Positions 41,526-56,627 of a DNA stretch of 64,000 nucleotides are shown one piece after another; within the stretch, counting starts at the first letter, position 1; each line of letters opens with the position of its first letter. Source of the DNA: Eledone cirrhosa (Eukaryota); contig OZ024752.1 in NCBI GenBank assembly GCA_964016885.1, forward strand, positions 40,858,001-40,922,000, written 5' to 3'. Made by a program: the position numbers and the translations under genes. Below the pieces are notes generated by a model. That model was given only the letters and a program-made list of their open reading frames with translations. It was not told where the DNA came from and searched no databases.

Positions 41526-41626
41526 CATACATATATACATATATACATATATATATGTATATAGATAAACATATATATATATATATATGTATATATATAC
41601 ATATATACACATATATATATATATAA

Positions 41627-41711
<85 letters not shown>

Positions 41712-41728
41712 TATATATAAATATATAA

Positions 41729-41765
<37 letters not shown>

Positions 41766-41946
41766 TATATATATATATATTATATATATATAAGTATATA
41801 TATGTATATATACACAGAAAAAAAAGACGTATATTGACATAATTCAGTTTTTATATATTTTACATTAATATTTTTAGTTTCTATCGTTTATCAAACATTT
41901 TTTTGTGTTTTTTTTTAAAAAGAACACCACCACCACCACCACCACC

Positions 41947-41998
<52 letters not shown>

Positions 41999-42479
41999 GA
42001 ATGGTAACGATTTCTTGTGATAAATAAAGGAAAGCCTTTGATTATATTTAGTCGTTAGTGGGAGAAACAAGTTAAAATAAACATCATGGCCTCCTTAGTT
42101 TTGTTTGCGTTGTTGTTGTTTGGTTGTTGTTGTTGTTTTTGCTTATTCCTGTTTACTTTGATTTCTTTTTTTTTTGGGGGGGGGGTTCATGTTTTGTTTG
42201 TAATGTTTATATCTTGGTATGTTTTATTATTTTGTTATTTATTTATTTATTTGTTTGTTTGTTTGTTTGTTTGATTAATTTATTTGTTTGTTTGTTTGTT
42301 TTAGAATGGTTTGCTCATTAAATGGAACAAACGTAACAAGAATATAAAAATGAAAAATAAAAAGAGCCTTTCATAAAAAAATCAATATAAAAAAAATACA
42401 CAGTTTGAAGAATGGAGAGGAACGACGTAGAGAGAAACACTAAGACTAATGTATATATATATATATATATATATACATA

Positions 42480-42545
<66 letters not shown>

Positions 42546-42578
42546 TTTAAATATACATATATGTATATATATATATAT

Positions 42579-42635
<57 letters not shown>

Positions 42636-42669
42636 GAATGAAGAATAGAAAGAGAGTGGAGAGAGAGAC

Positions 42670-42688
42670 TGTGGGAGAGATAGAGAGC

Positions 42689-42727
<39 letters not shown>

Positions 42728-42940
42728 TGGGAGAGATAGAGAGCTATATGTATCTATATAGAGAGAGCGAGAGTGGGAGAGATAGAGAGCTATATCTATA
42801 TATATAGAGAGAGAGTGGGAGAGATAGAGAGCTATATGTATATATATATAGAGAGAGAGAGAGAGTGGGAGAGATAGAGAGCTATATGTATATATATATA
42901 TATATAGAGAGAGAGAGTGGGAGAGATAGAGAGCTATATG

Positions 42941-42977
<37 letters not shown>

Positions 42978-43098
42978 TGGGAGAGATAGAGAGCTATATG
43001 TATATATATATATAGAGAGAGAGAGAGTGGGACAGATAGAGAGCTATATGTATATATATATATAGAGAGAGAGAGTGGGAGAGATAGAGAGCTATATG

Positions 43099-43135
<37 letters not shown>

Positions 43136-43470
43136 TGGGAGAGATAGAGAGCTATATGTATCTATATAGAGAGAGCGAGAGTGGGAGAGATAGAGAGCTA
43201 TATCTATATATATATATAGAGAGAGAGAGAGAGTGGGAGAGATAGAGAGCTATATGTATATATATATATAGAGAGAGTGGGAGAGATAGAGAGCTATATG
43301 TATATATATATAGAGAGAGAGTGAGAGAGATAGAGAGCTATATGTATATATATATATAGAGAGAGAGTGAGATTGGGAGAGATAGAGAGCTATATGTATC
43401 TATATAGAGAGAGAGAGAGTGGGAGAATTAGAGAGCTATATGTATATATATATAGAGAGAGAGAGAGGGA
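42670..43470. repeat. Compound minisatellite GTGGGAGAGATAGAGAGCTATATG(TA)n(GA)n
   Basis: Directly visible; variable-length units. Confidence 0.9.
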
Positions 43471-43784
43471 GAGAGAGGGAAAGAGTGATGGTGTTGAGGG
43501 AGGGATGATACAGAAACATAGAGATGTATTGAAACTGGGGAGGGTGAGGTATAGGAAGAGAGTAAATGAAATGTCAAACAACAAAAAACTACCAAAAAAG
43601 CAAGGAAACCTGCTGAAGGAGGCGGCGGGAGGGGGGACAGACTCCGCATTGCATGTAGCTCAGACATCATATCTCACATTTCTTTATTTATTCTGTTACT
43701 TGATTCGGTCAGTAGACTGCGGTCAGGCTGGAGCAACGCCTCGATTTGGTGTACGATATTTTTCCTGGTTGGGACTTGCTTTTC

Positions 43785-43833
<49 letters not shown>

Positions 43834-44219
43834 TAACAACTGATTCTTTTTTTCAAATACCACTTTGGAAGAAGAATCAGGATGGAGAGAGAGGTGCTGT
43901 ACCCCAGCAAATGTTATGAAAGGTGGGTAAAAGTGGCGAGAATGGCCCGAGTGAATGGGCCTTCTCTCTATATCAGCCTGTAGGTTGAGGAAAAAGAGGA
44001 GAGGAAAGGAGTACAAACTCTTCGTACTCCTGGAGATGAGGGTTGCACATTTTTTCGGGGGTATGTGTTACCCATATGAACTGTCTCCCCCTATTGGGGA
44101 AAATCGATTAATTTTTTAAATTGTATTTGTGATAATATTTTACACGTTTTCATTGTATGTAAACTTCCCCCTTTGTATTTGTCCCCTTCTTTTGTGCCCC
44201 TGTGGCTAATAAAGAAACA
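43834..44219 (+). mobile_element. 3' end of a Tx1/L1-like retrotransposon in (CTAT)n
   Basis: Open frame 43837-43983 QLILFFKYHFGRRIRMEREVLYPSKCYERWVKVARMARVNGPSLYISL*, then 3' UTR with AATAAA; (CTAT)n on both sides; clade inferred from the C-terminal pattern only. Confidence 0.6.
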
Positions 44220-44269
44220 TACCAATCTATCTATCTATCTATCTGTCTATCTCTCTCTCTCTCCCCCCC

Positions 44270-44333
<64 letters not shown>

Positions 44334-44344
44334 TAAAGTACAAT

Positions 44345-44615
44345 AAAATAAAGTACCAGTAACGCACTAGGGTCGATTTAATCGACTTTTTCCTCTCACC
44401 TCTGGCTTTGTACCTAAATCAGAAACCATCTTGGCAGTATCGGTAGAGGGTCGGACGCCATGCTTTGCAGCATGGAGTTACGGCCCTTTACGGTCAGAGT
44501 TCAAATCCCGTCGAGGTTAACTTTGCCTTTCCTCCTTACCGGGGTCCATAAAATAAAGTACCAGTAATGTACTGGGGTAATAGCTGGCCTTGTGTCAAAA
44601 GTTGAAACAATTGTT
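44345..44615 (+). mobile_element. SINE family 1 tail plus a near-full copy
   Basis: Match to the family consensus. Confidence 0.85.
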
Positions 44616-44629
44616 AAAATTAAACCTCG

Positions 44630-44668
44630 CAGTAGTAGTTGTAGTAGCAGTAGTAGTAGCAGTAGTAT

Positions 44669-44725
<57 letters not shown>

Positions 44726-44762
44726 CAGTAGTAGCAGTAGTATTAGTAGCAGTAGTAGTAGC

Positions 44763-44812
<50 letters not shown>

Positions 44813-44840
44813 CAGTAGTATTAGTAGCAGTAGTAGTAGC

Positions 44841-44893
<53 letters not shown>

Positions 44894-44972
44894 CAGTAGT
44901 AGCAGTAGTATTAGTAGCAGTAGTAGTAGCAGTAGTATTAGTAGCAGTAGTAGTAATAGAAGCAGTTGTAGT

Positions 44973-45022
<50 letters not shown>

Positions 45023-45041
45023 CAGCAGTTGTAGTAGCAGC

Positions 45042-45081
<40 letters not shown>

Positions 45082-45090
45082 ATAGCAGTT

Positions 45091-45129
<39 letters not shown>

Positions 45130-45237
45130 TAGTAGTAGTAGCAGTTGTAGTAGTAGCAGTTGTAGTAGCAGTAGTAGTAGTAGAAGTAGTAGCAGCAGTA
45201 GTAGCAGTTATAGCAGCAGCAGTTGTAGTAGTAGTAA

Positions 45238-45287
<50 letters not shown>

Positions 45288-45443
45288 ATAGTAGTAGCAG
45301 TTGTAGTAGCAGTAGTAGTAATAGTAGAAGTAGTAGTAGAAGTAGTAGTAGTAGTAGTAGTTGTAGTAGTAGTAGTAGCAGCAGCAGTAGTAGCAGTTGT
45401 AGCAGTAGCAGTTGTAGTAGTAGTAGTAGTAGTAGCAGTAGTA

Positions 45444-45495
<52 letters not shown>

Positions 45496-45539
45496 CAGCA
45501 GCAGTAGTAGCAGTAGTAGCAGTTGTAGCAGTAGCAGTT

Positions 45540-45574
<35 letters not shown>

Positions 45575-46090
45575 TGTAGTAGTAGTTGTAGTAGTAGTTG
45601 TAGTAGTAGTAGTAGTAGTAGTAGTAGTATAGTAGTAGTAGCAGTTGTAGTAGTAGCAGTTGTAGTAGCAGTAGTAGTAGTAGTAGTAGTAGTAGTAGTT
45701 GTAGTAGTAGTTGTAGTAGTAGTTGTAGTAGTAGTAGTAGAATGATTATTGCCAAACACAAGTCGTCATTCCCATCGTCCATCAATGGTATTTGTTGTTG
45801 TTGTAGCAGTTGTTGTTGTTGTTGTTGTTACTGTTGTTGTTATTGTTGTTGTTACTGTAGTTGTTGCTGTTGTTGTTGCTGTTATTGTTGTTGTTATTGG
45901 TGTTGTTATTGTTTTTGTTATTGTAGTTGTTATTGTTGTTGTTGCTGTTATTGTAGTTGTTATTGTTATTGTTGCTGTTATTGTTGTTGCTATTGTTGTT
46001 GTCGTTATTGTTTTTGTTATTGTAGTTGTTATTGTTGTTGTTGTTGTTATTGGTGTTGTTATTGTTTTTGTTATTGTTGTTGTTGTTATT
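44630..46090. repeat. (AGT/AGC)n followed by (TTG/TTA)n trinucleotide tracts
   Basis: Directly visible. Confidence 0.95.
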
Positions 46091-46694
46091 GCTATTCTCA
46101 GCGATTGATATTTCTTTGACATTCCACGACCTGCCAATATCAAGGCAGCCCTTGACATAGGATCATAAGAGCAGGGGGTGAATTCAACTCACAAACATAC
46201 TCCCACACACGCACACACACACACATGTACATACACACGCACATATACATGCGTGCGTGTATGTACAGCATGTTTATGCGCATGTATGTGTATATATATT
46301 CTGTGTATAAGTGTGTGTGAGTGAATCTGTATGTTTCTCTATCTGCATGTGTATATGTAATATCTAGTATAAGTGCTTGAGCTGGAGTTCGTCTTTGCGT
46401 GCGTGTGGTAGCTGATGCGCGTCTGTGTGTGTGTGTATGTGCGTATGTGTGTGTGTATGTGTTAAAGCTGTATGTTAGTGAGTATGTGTGTATTAGCTGA
46501 TGCTGTGTCTCAGCGTGTGTGTTTGTATGTGTGTTTACGTGTGAGGTTTTGTGCGCTTTAATCACTGTCAATAAGTATCTGAGAGTTTGTGTTTGATTTT
46601 GTGTGTGTGTTGAAGATGTATGTTAGTATGTGTGTATTAGTTGATGCTGTGTCTCAGTGTGTGTGTGAGGTTTTGTGTACTTTAATGATTGTGT

Positions 46695-46702
46695 ACTTAC
46701 TC

Positions 46703-46753
<51 letters not shown>

Positions 46754-46858
46754 CACTTACTTACTTACTTACTTACTTACTTATTTACTTACTTATTTAC
46801 TTACTTACTTATTTACTTACTTACTTACTTACTTACTCACTCACTCACTCACTCACTC

Positions 46859-46901
<43 letters not shown>

Positions 46902-46942
46902 CATTCACTCACTCACTCACTTACTTACTTACTTACTCACTC

Positions 46943-46980
<38 letters not shown>

Positions 46981-47010
46981 CCACTCACTCACTCACTCAC
47001 TCACTCACTC

Positions 47011-47053
<43 letters not shown>

Positions 47054-47074
47054 CACTCACTCACTCACTCACTC

Positions 47075-47143
<69 letters not shown>
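46695..47143. repeat. (ACTT)n/(ACTC)n microsatellite
   Basis: Directly visible. Confidence 0.95.
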
Positions 47144-47242
47144 TTCGAACCATCGAACTAAGGATGACAACCTCGTATAACAAACTTCAATCTTGTTGCT
47201 TACCACCGTATTTAACATATATGAATTAGTAAAGCGTGAATG

Positions 47243-47381
47243 GAATTGGATTTCATTAGCTCAGTTTAACCTTGATTAAGAATATATTTGTTAATTTTAT
47301 ATTGCAACCATATATATACGTATATACAATTAACAAATATATTCTTAATCAAGGTTAAACTGAGCTAATGAAATCCAATTC
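47243..47381. repeat. Fold-back inverted repeat, perfect arms of about 54 bp
   Basis: GAATTGGATTTCATTAGCTCAG...CTGAGCTAATGAAATCCAATTC. Confidence 0.9.
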
Positions 47382-47509
47382 GTATATTTTGTTACACAGA
47401 GATTATAGAAATTCCTTATTCAATATGGTTGTCTCTTTTAAAGGTATAGGTAGCAATAATACGGTGATTTATAAGATATTTCTGGGAGAGTATTCGTCGC
47501 TGACTTTTG

Positions 47510-47772
47510 AAGAGGTCGATAAAATAAAGTACCAGTAATACACTGGGATAATTGCTGGCCTTGTGTGCCAAAAGTAGAAACAATTATTACTTTTGACAGT
47601 ATCGGTAGATGGTCGGACGCCATGCTTTGTATCATAGAGTTACGGCCCTTTGCGTTCTGAGTTCAAACCCCGCCGAGGGTAGCTTTGCCTTTCATCCTTA
47701 CAAGGTCGATAAAATAAAGTACCAGTAATGTACTGGTAATTGCTGGCCTTGTGCCTAAAGTAGAAACATTTA
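47510..47772 (+). mobile_element. Two linked SINE family 1 pieces
   Basis: Joined by ATTATTACTTTTGACAGT. Confidence 0.85.
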
Positions 47773-49069
47773 TCTTCGGTCAAATTTCTCTCGTTCTTTC
47801 TCGGTCTTTTCTTTCCCTCACCCTTTCTCTCTTCACTCCACCTCTGCTTTCCTACACCATCCTCAATCTTTTCTCTCTCTCTCTCTCTGTCTGTCTCTCT
47901 CTCTCTCTCTCTCTCCAACCCTCCTCTCTCTTTTCTTTCCCTCTCTCTCTCCAACCCTCCTCTATCTTTTCTCTCTCTCTCTCTCCAGCCCCTCCTCAAT
48001 CTTTTCCCCCCTTCTCTCTCTCCACCCTCCTCTATCTTTTCTCTCTCTCTCCAGCCCTCCTCAATCTTTTCCCCCCGTCTCTCTCTCCACCCTCCTCTAT
48101 CTTTTCTCTCTCTCTCCAGCCCTCCTCAATCTTTCCCCCCCGTCTCTCTCTCTCCATCCCTCCTCTACCTTTTCCTTCTCTCCCTCCAGCACCTCCTCTA
48201 TCTTTTCTTTCTCTCACTCTGCACCCTACCACTGCTTCGTTACACCTTCCTGTATCTTCGCTATGCTTTCCCCTGTCTTTTCTTTCCCCATCTCTACTTT
48301 CCTACACCCACCTCTACCTCATCTTTTTCACTCTCTCCCCCTTCTCTACCTTTTCTTTCCCTCTCTCCTCCCCTCCTCTTCCTATTCTTTCTCTGTTTCC
48401 TCCCCTTCTCGGTTTTTTTCTTTCCCTCTCTCTCCACCTACCTCCGCTTATCTTTCTCTGTCTCGCCCCACCTCCGCTTTCCTACGTCCGCCTCTCCACC
48501 CTACCTCTACTATCCTACACCCTCCACTCCATCTCTCTCATATTTTACTTCCTTTCCACTGTATCAATCCACCATTGTTTCTTATTATATGGTTTCCTAT
48601 TTCGTTTTCTCTAATTGCTGTTGAATATTCCACTTCCTTCAGAAATAGTTACTCTTTAACAAAACTAAAACAACAGAAAATAATATAAGAAAAACCAACA
48701 TAAAAATGCATGAATTTTTCTCATATATTTTTCGTTTTTCTCCTCTGTTCTCTTTTCAAGAAATTTATGACCACATATATTGGACTGTCTAGCTTTCATC
48801 CAGCTCCACTACGTTCAACTTTTATTTCTAATTTATTTCCACCATCCCTTCCTTTAACTTTAGTTACCTCGCTATTTATCAGTTCCTATCCTAATGCATC
48901 TTTCCAGTCTTAAAACCATTGATCATCGTCCTCATCTTTCTGAGCCATTCTGTGACATTCTGGGCCAAGTTTTATTTTAATTTCGTTGTCTTATTCTTTT
49001 CTATTTTATTCTATTCCATTCTACGTCCTGTTACAATCAAAAACGATCTATCTCACTTTACTCCTTCCA

Positions 49070-50295
49070 TTATTACTTTTGACAGTGAATTTTGGCGGTG
49101 AATTGGCAGTATCGGTAGAGGGTCGGACGCCATGCTTTGACGCATAGAGTTACGGCCCTTGCCATTCTGAGTTCAAATCCCGCCGAGGTTAACTTTGTCT
49201 TTCATCCTTATCGGGGTCGATAAAATAAAGTACCAGTAATACACTGGGCAATTGCTGGCCTTGTGCCAAAAGTAGAAACAATTATTACTTTTGACAGTGA
49301 ATTTTGGCGGTGAATTGGCAGTATCGGTAGAGGGTCGGACGCCATGCTTTGACGCATAGAGTTACGGCCCTTGCCATTCTGAGTTCAAATCCCGCCGAGG
49401 TTAACTTTGCCTTTCATCCTTACGGGGTCGATAAAATAAAGTACCAGTAATACACTGGGCAATTGCTGGCCTTGTGCCAAAAGTAGAAACAATTATTACT
49501 TTTGACAGTGAATTTTGGCGGTGAATTGGCAGTATCGGTAGAGGGTCGGACGCCATGCTTTGACGCATAGAGTTACGGCCCTTGCCATTCTGAGTTCAAA
49601 TCCCGCCGAGGTTAACTTTGCCTTTCATCCTTACGGGGTCGATAAAATAAAGTACCAGTAATACACTGGGCAATTGCTGGCCTTGTGCCAAAAGTAGAAA
49701 CAATTATTACTTTTGACAGTGTCGGACGCCATGCTTTGTAGCAAAGAGTTACGGCCCTTTACGGTCTGAGTTCAAATCCCGCCGAGGTTAACTTTGCCTT
49801 TCCTCCTTACGGGGGTCGATAAAATAAAGTACCAGTAATACACTGGGATAATTGCTGGCCTTGTGCCAAAAGTAGAAACAATTATTACTTTTGACAGTGT
49901 CGGACGCCATGCTTTGTAGCAAAGAGTTACGGCCCTTTATGGTCTGAGTTCAAATCCCGCCGAGGTTAACTTTGCCTTTCATCCTTACGGGGGTCGATAA
50001 AATAAAGTACCAGTAATACACTGGGATAATTGCTGGCCTTGTGCCAAAAGTAGAAACAACTATTACATTTGACAGTGGTTGCATTGGCAGTATCGTTAGA
50101 GGGTCGGACGCCATGCTTTGCAGCATAGAGTTTTGCCCCTTGCGGTCTGAGTTCAAACCCCGCCGAGGTTAGATTTGCCTTTCATCCTTACGGGGGTCGA
50201 TAAAATAAAGCACCTGTAACATACTGGGGTCGATTTAATCAACTTTCCTCTCGCTACAAATTGATGGCCTTGAGCCTAAAGTAGAAATCATTATT
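49070..50295 (+). mobile_element. Chain of six SINE family 1 copies
   Basis: Linker GACAGT at 49081, 49293, 49504, 49715, 49893 and 50071. Confidence 0.92.
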
Positions 50296-50734
50296 AATCT
50301 TTATCATTCATAAATGCAAACTCATATTTTATTGTTTTTAAAATAAAATATTTGAATATCGACCCATGAATTATTTCCTTTTGCATTTATTTATTATTTA
50401 ATTATTTTATCTTTTTGCTTTGTTTCGTTTTTAGTACTTTTTTCTTCTTTTTGATTATTATGAATTTGTTAGTCACTTCTAGTATAGCTATATAAAAATG
50501 ATTTACAAAAAAATTAATTATTACAGGCATTGCATTTTCCTGTTTGCAAAATTGATTGTTATAAACTATTTGACAATATCACAACGAACAAGAAACGCAC
50601 CTGTAAACTCCTACATCATATCCTCTAGATGTCTGTCAATTAATGTATCTCTCTCTCTCTCTCTCTCTCTCTCTTCCTATCTCTCTCTCTCCCTCTCTCT
50701 CTCTCTCTCTTTCTCTCTCTTTCTTTCTCTCTAA

Positions 50735-51075
50735 TCAATCGACAAGATCCCCGACCTCATTTGCTTGCCTAGTGAAGTGGCCCTCATCAAATCGAACCAA
50801 GGAAACAATGTTTCCATTCGTCTTTCTATTGCTGATACAATCAGTCCGGTTGCAGCCCATGGCAGAAAATACTGTGAAATATATGTTTGTGTGAAATATA
50901 TATGTATGTTTCTTCTTATATGTTTATGTGAAATATATGTATGTTTCTAAATATATATTTATGTGAAATAAAGTGTTTTGCTCAAGGACACAACACATCA
51001 CTCGGTCCGAGAATTGAACTCGCAACTTCACGATTGCAAATCCAACTCTCTAACCACTAACCCACTCGCATTCAT
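50735..51075 (-). mobile_element. Diverged family 2 SINE interrupted by an AT-rich repeat
   Basis: Reverse-complement similarity to 2212-2432; a family 1 copy follows at 51095-51287. Confidence 0.7.
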
Positions 51076-51728
51076 AAATGTATAATTTTAATATATAATT
51101 GTTTCTACTTTTGGAACAAAGCCAGCAATTACCCCAGTGCATTACTGGTAATTAAAGTAATTTATCGACCCCGTAAGGATGAAAGGCAAAGTTAACCTCG
51201 GCGGGATTTGAACTCAGAATGGCAAGGGTTATAACTCTATGCTGCAAAGCATGGCTTCCGACCCTCTACTGATACTACCAATCCACAATGGACACAGCAT
51301 GGCCGAATGATTAAGAGGTTCACTTCGCAATCATAAGGCCACGTGTTTTTGTTAGGTAATTAGAATAAGTATTCAATCGTATTACACGTGTAACTATTGC
51401 ATGCAATAACTACTACAACTGACTAACAAACTATCCTCTTACATTATCTACGTTAACTGCCGATGTTGTATTTTAATTTTAATTTTGCTCTGATTCTGTT
51501 TTAATATGATTTTAATTTTTGAATTTAAATTGCCATTCAGAAATAATATAATGGATGTCACCCCACTGTGCATCAATATATACATATGTATCTGTGTGTC
51601 TCTTGTGTTGGAAAGGCGGTCATGTATGTAAAAAAACATTGAAAAATGCTCCGAAGACTCCAAACCTCAGTTTGGATGAAACAATTGTAAGCTAATAAAT
51701 GGTTTGAACAGAACTTTGATTTATGTGG

Positions 51729-51764
<36 letters not shown>

Positions 51765-51878
51765 GTATTAATTATAAAATGAACATAATAGTTTCTACGT
51801 TTGGCACAAGGCCAGCAATTATCTCCTTCACCCTTTCTCTGTTGTTTTCTTTCTCTCTCCCCCTCTCTCTTCCTCTCT

Positions 51879-51920
<42 letters not shown>

Positions 51921-52914
51921 AGAGAGGGAGAGAGAGAGAGAGAAAGAAAGAGGGTGAAAGAAAGAAACAGAAAGACACAGAGGGCGAAATAGGTTGAAGA
52001 ATTCAGGAATTTAGAAAGAATGAAGAAAGGGAAGAAGGATGGAAGACAAGACGAATGGATTTAATGAAAGCGTGTCAAGCTGGTTAGAGTAATAACGTAC
52101 AATAGAAAAGATGGCGACGATAGATGAAAGACTGAAAGGAAAGTGTCAGAAAGGTGATATAGGTGAAAGAGGGAAAAATAAATAGTGTTTTCAATAGAAG
52201 ATACTGGGATGCTTATTTCTAGATGTCCATCCATTACTGCTAATTCTGTCAAGGGAGACAACACTGTAAGAGACCAGGAGAGTTCTGAAATAGAAGAGTT
52301 GGCTTTAAAATGTTGATACACTGTCAATAGTTTCTTCTCTCGCGACCTCTCCATTTGTCGCTGGAACTGTATTTCGGATGACGTTATTCAAGGTCATTTT
52401 CAGATCAGCAAAGCTGTATTCACACGAAGTATTTCAGAATTCTTTAGTAATTGAACTAAAGAAACATTGCTTTCTTCTGCATTTTTTTTCTCTCTCAAAT
52501 GCTTCATTGCCTGTTAGAAGCCTTTTATACTGCAGATCAGTAACTATCTGTTCGGATATTTCCACAGAGTCTAGCATTCGTCAAGGATTAAATCCAGCAA
52601 GCGACCTGTTAAAAGAAATGCGTGCAGGTTATGTGTACGTATGCATAGCTGTATGCAAATTAATGTGCATGTTTGCGTTAAGACACAGCTTCATCGATTC
52701 CCATCGATTTCTATCGATTTCTTTTATTCAAATGCATGTGTGTGTTTATGTTTATGTAAACGTGTATAAGTGAATGCATGCGTGTATGTAAGTGTGTGTG
52801 TGTGGGATGGTGTCTGTTTATGAATATGCAAGAATTGCTATGGGCAAATATAACTGCAATCCTATATATATATATTTATATATATATATATACGTATATA
52901 TATATATATGTATA

Positions 52915-53024
<110 letters not shown>

Positions 53025-53046
53025 TAAATGTATATTTAACATACTA

Positions 53047-53117
<71 letters not shown>

Positions 53118-53211
53118 TACATATATATATATATATGTAAATATATATATTGGAAAATGAAGGAAATTCCTTGGTACAATATTTTCCAAATACACATTTA
53201 CACACACACAC

Positions 53212-53324
<113 letters not shown>

Positions 53325-53686
53325 CATACATATATACTAAATAAAAAAAAATATTTTGAAGATAGTTTGTTTGGTATCGATAGAATTGCTTAATATATAA
53401 TATTCCTATGTTATATATTAAGATAGGAACAGAAACAGCAGCAGGTTGTGGCCCCTGAAATCTAGAGGTAACTAAATATACAGATAATTGATGCAAGACC
53501 CCACTATCTATTGTATGAGTAAAATATATAATGGGTTATGTATTTTAATTATGTCTCATATAAAATAATACAACTGGCTATCCGCAAAATACGTATAGTT
53601 AGCACCCAAACGTATAATTCCTGTTTGTTGAGTGAGACGGAAGCCGGTCGGAGTATTGCTTAAAGCTTTCTCTGTTAATGTATTAA

Positions 53687-53719
<33 letters not shown>

Positions 53720-53762
<43 letters not shown>

Positions 53763-53791
53763 GCGCACATACACACATACACATACACACA

Positions 53792-53834
<43 letters not shown>

Positions 53835-53962
53835 GCGCACATACACACATACACATACACACACAAACACACACACACACACACACACAAACACACACAC
53901 GCACGCGCACACACACACACACGTGCGCGCGCACATACACACATACACATACACACACAAAC

Positions 53963-53993
<31 letters not shown>

Positions 53994-54068
53994 AACACAC
54001 ACACACACACACACGTGCGCGCGCACATACACACATACACATACACACACAAACACACACACACATAC

Positions 54069-54124
<56 letters not shown>

Positions 54125-54156
54125 GCGCACATACACACATACACATACACACACAA

Positions 54157-54190
<34 letters not shown>

Positions 54191-54207
54191 ACACGCACGC
54201 GCACACG

Positions 54208-54238
<31 letters not shown>

Positions 54239-54281
54239 GCGCGCGCACACACACACACACACACAAACACACATACACACA

Positions 54282-54322
<41 letters not shown>
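53720..54322. repeat. (CA)n tract with repeated GTGCGCGCGCAC cores
   Basis: Directly visible; alternating purine-pyrimidine sequence. Confidence 0.9.
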
Positions 54323-54338
<16 letters not shown>

Positions 54339-54359
54339 GTATAGCAAAGAAAGTGTCGT

Positions 54360-54555
54360 AGAGAATTGGCAAAAGTAAGGTTGTGAGTTCGATTCCAAGA
54401 CCGGGTGATGCGTTATGTCCTTGAGCAAGACACTTTATTTCACGTTGCTCCTTCTACCTGGATATGCGACCGAAAGATAGTATTAGCAATTGGAAAGACC
54501 AATGGAAACATTGTTTCCTCGGTCCGATTTGACGAAAGTCGAACGACTGTCGATA
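54360..54555 (+). mobile_element. Family 2 SINE, 5'-clipped
   Basis: Homologous to 2236-2425; a family 1 copy follows at 54600-54800. Confidence 0.85.
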
Positions 54556-54781
54556 TATATCTTATTGTATATAAGATTGCATGTATACTATATTAGGAAA
54601 GTGGATTGGCAGTAGGTAGAGGGGCGGGCGCCATGCTTTGTAGCATAGAGTTACGGCCCTTCATGATCTGAGTTCAAATTCCGCCGAGGTTAACTTTGCC
54701 TTTCATCTTTACGGGGTCGATAAAATGAAGTACCAGTCACGCACTGGAAGTCGATTAAATCGACTTTCCCCTCCTCCCTTG

Positions 54782-55320
54782 TGCCTATATAAGAAACCAA
54801 CCTTATATATTATATTTATCACATTGGATACTTATGTCTCTATATTTTCTATGAATGATATATATAAGCCGAAGAGAGTGAGATTAATATATAAAGTCAA
54901 AACATTGACGTAGAAAACCCATTAAATATGTATTTCTGTGTGTGATTCTTATAAGACATATGCCTATATAAGAAACCAACCTTATATATTATATTTATCA
55001 CATTGGATACTTATGTCTCTATATTTTCTATGAATGATATATATAAGCCGAAGAGAGTGAGATTAATATATAAAGACAAAACATTGACGTAGGAAACCCA
55101 TTAAATGTGTATTTCTGTGTGTGATTCTTTTAAGACATATGCCTATATAAGAAACCAACCTTATATATTATATTTATCACATTGGATACTTATGTCTCTA
55201 TATTTTCTATGAATGATATATATAAGTCGAAGAGAGTGAGATTAATATATAAAGACAAAACATTGACGTAGAAAACCCATTAAATGTGTATTTCTGTGTG
55301 TGATTCCTATAAGACATATG
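54782..55320. repeat. 179-bp tandem repeat x3
   Basis: GCCTATATAAGAAACC at 54783, 54962 and 55141; the unit begins with the SINE tail. Confidence 0.95.
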
Positions 55321-55657
55321 TCGGAAATATGTAGACTTAGATAATCTGGCCACGTGAATATTTCTAATGTGGCTGAAGTGATGGAAACGTCCTCACTTGA
55401 AATAGGTATATTCTTTAAACACAGTATACTATTGCCTCTGATTTGTCAGCAGTGTTGACCTCTGACATCGTTCTACAACGTTTTAAAGTTGAAATATTTT
55501 GACAGAGATCAAAGCTGTCAAATGCAGATTTTTTTCTCTCATTTTTTTTTTTTTTTTTACTAAGTAGCGTTGGTAAAACAAAAACTAAATTATAAAGAAC
55601 GGAAATATACATGTATATGTGTATGTATGTATATGTGTGTGTATGTATGTATGTATA

Positions 55658-55744
<87 letters not shown>

Positions 55745-55819
55745 ATATATACATATATACATATATATTACATATATATATATGTGTGTGTGTATATATA
55801 TATGTATATACATATATAT

Positions 55820-55894
<75 letters not shown>

Positions 55895-55899
55895 TATGA

Positions 55900-55936
<37 letters not shown>

Positions 55937-55992
55937 TATACATATATACATTTATGTATATATACATTTATGTATATATACACATATATATA

Positions 55993-56042
<50 letters not shown>

Positions 56043-56507
56043 GGTTGCACAAATATTCGTACGTGACACACTGTCTATGACAGGCGAAACGTATGATGTG
56101 TATATGTATGTGCCAGTATATAATACGCAAAACATTTACAATATTTCAATATTTTTGGTTTTCAAAGAATATTTTTTTAATATATTTACCAGTTCGTCGT
56201 TCTATATATCTTTATAGCTATTTGTAAATCATATCATATTTTACTTTTTCCTTTTCAAAGAGTGCTTATTTAAACGTCAGGCAAAATGGATAACGGCTAT
56301 TTCAGTCTTCAAATAGACATTTTCTTTCCAAATATGGTGACAATATCTTTGAAGAAATTATGTACATATCCGTACCCGGTCGTGGCATTGGTATGTATAC
56401 GACCGTATTTATACAACTAAGCGTGCATGATTTATATATATATATATATATGTATATATATTATATGTTCGTATGTATATATATATATATATATATACAT
56501 ATATATA

Positions 56508-56627
56508 TAACAAAGAAAATGTGGTATAAACCAGGTAGACCATAACGCAACAGAGTACTCGATACTTAGGGTAGTAGAGTGGGTAATAGGAAAAGTCTAA
56601 GGACCCCCGACGGCTGAGCTCGTTTCA
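56508..56627 (-). mobile_element. Family B single arm, diverged
   Basis: Homologous to 6691-6811; same end at (TA)n. Confidence 0.75.

Noticed and set aside
44590-45785. Poly-Ser/Val/Tyr/Thr ORFs
   Set aside because: (AGT)n microsatellite
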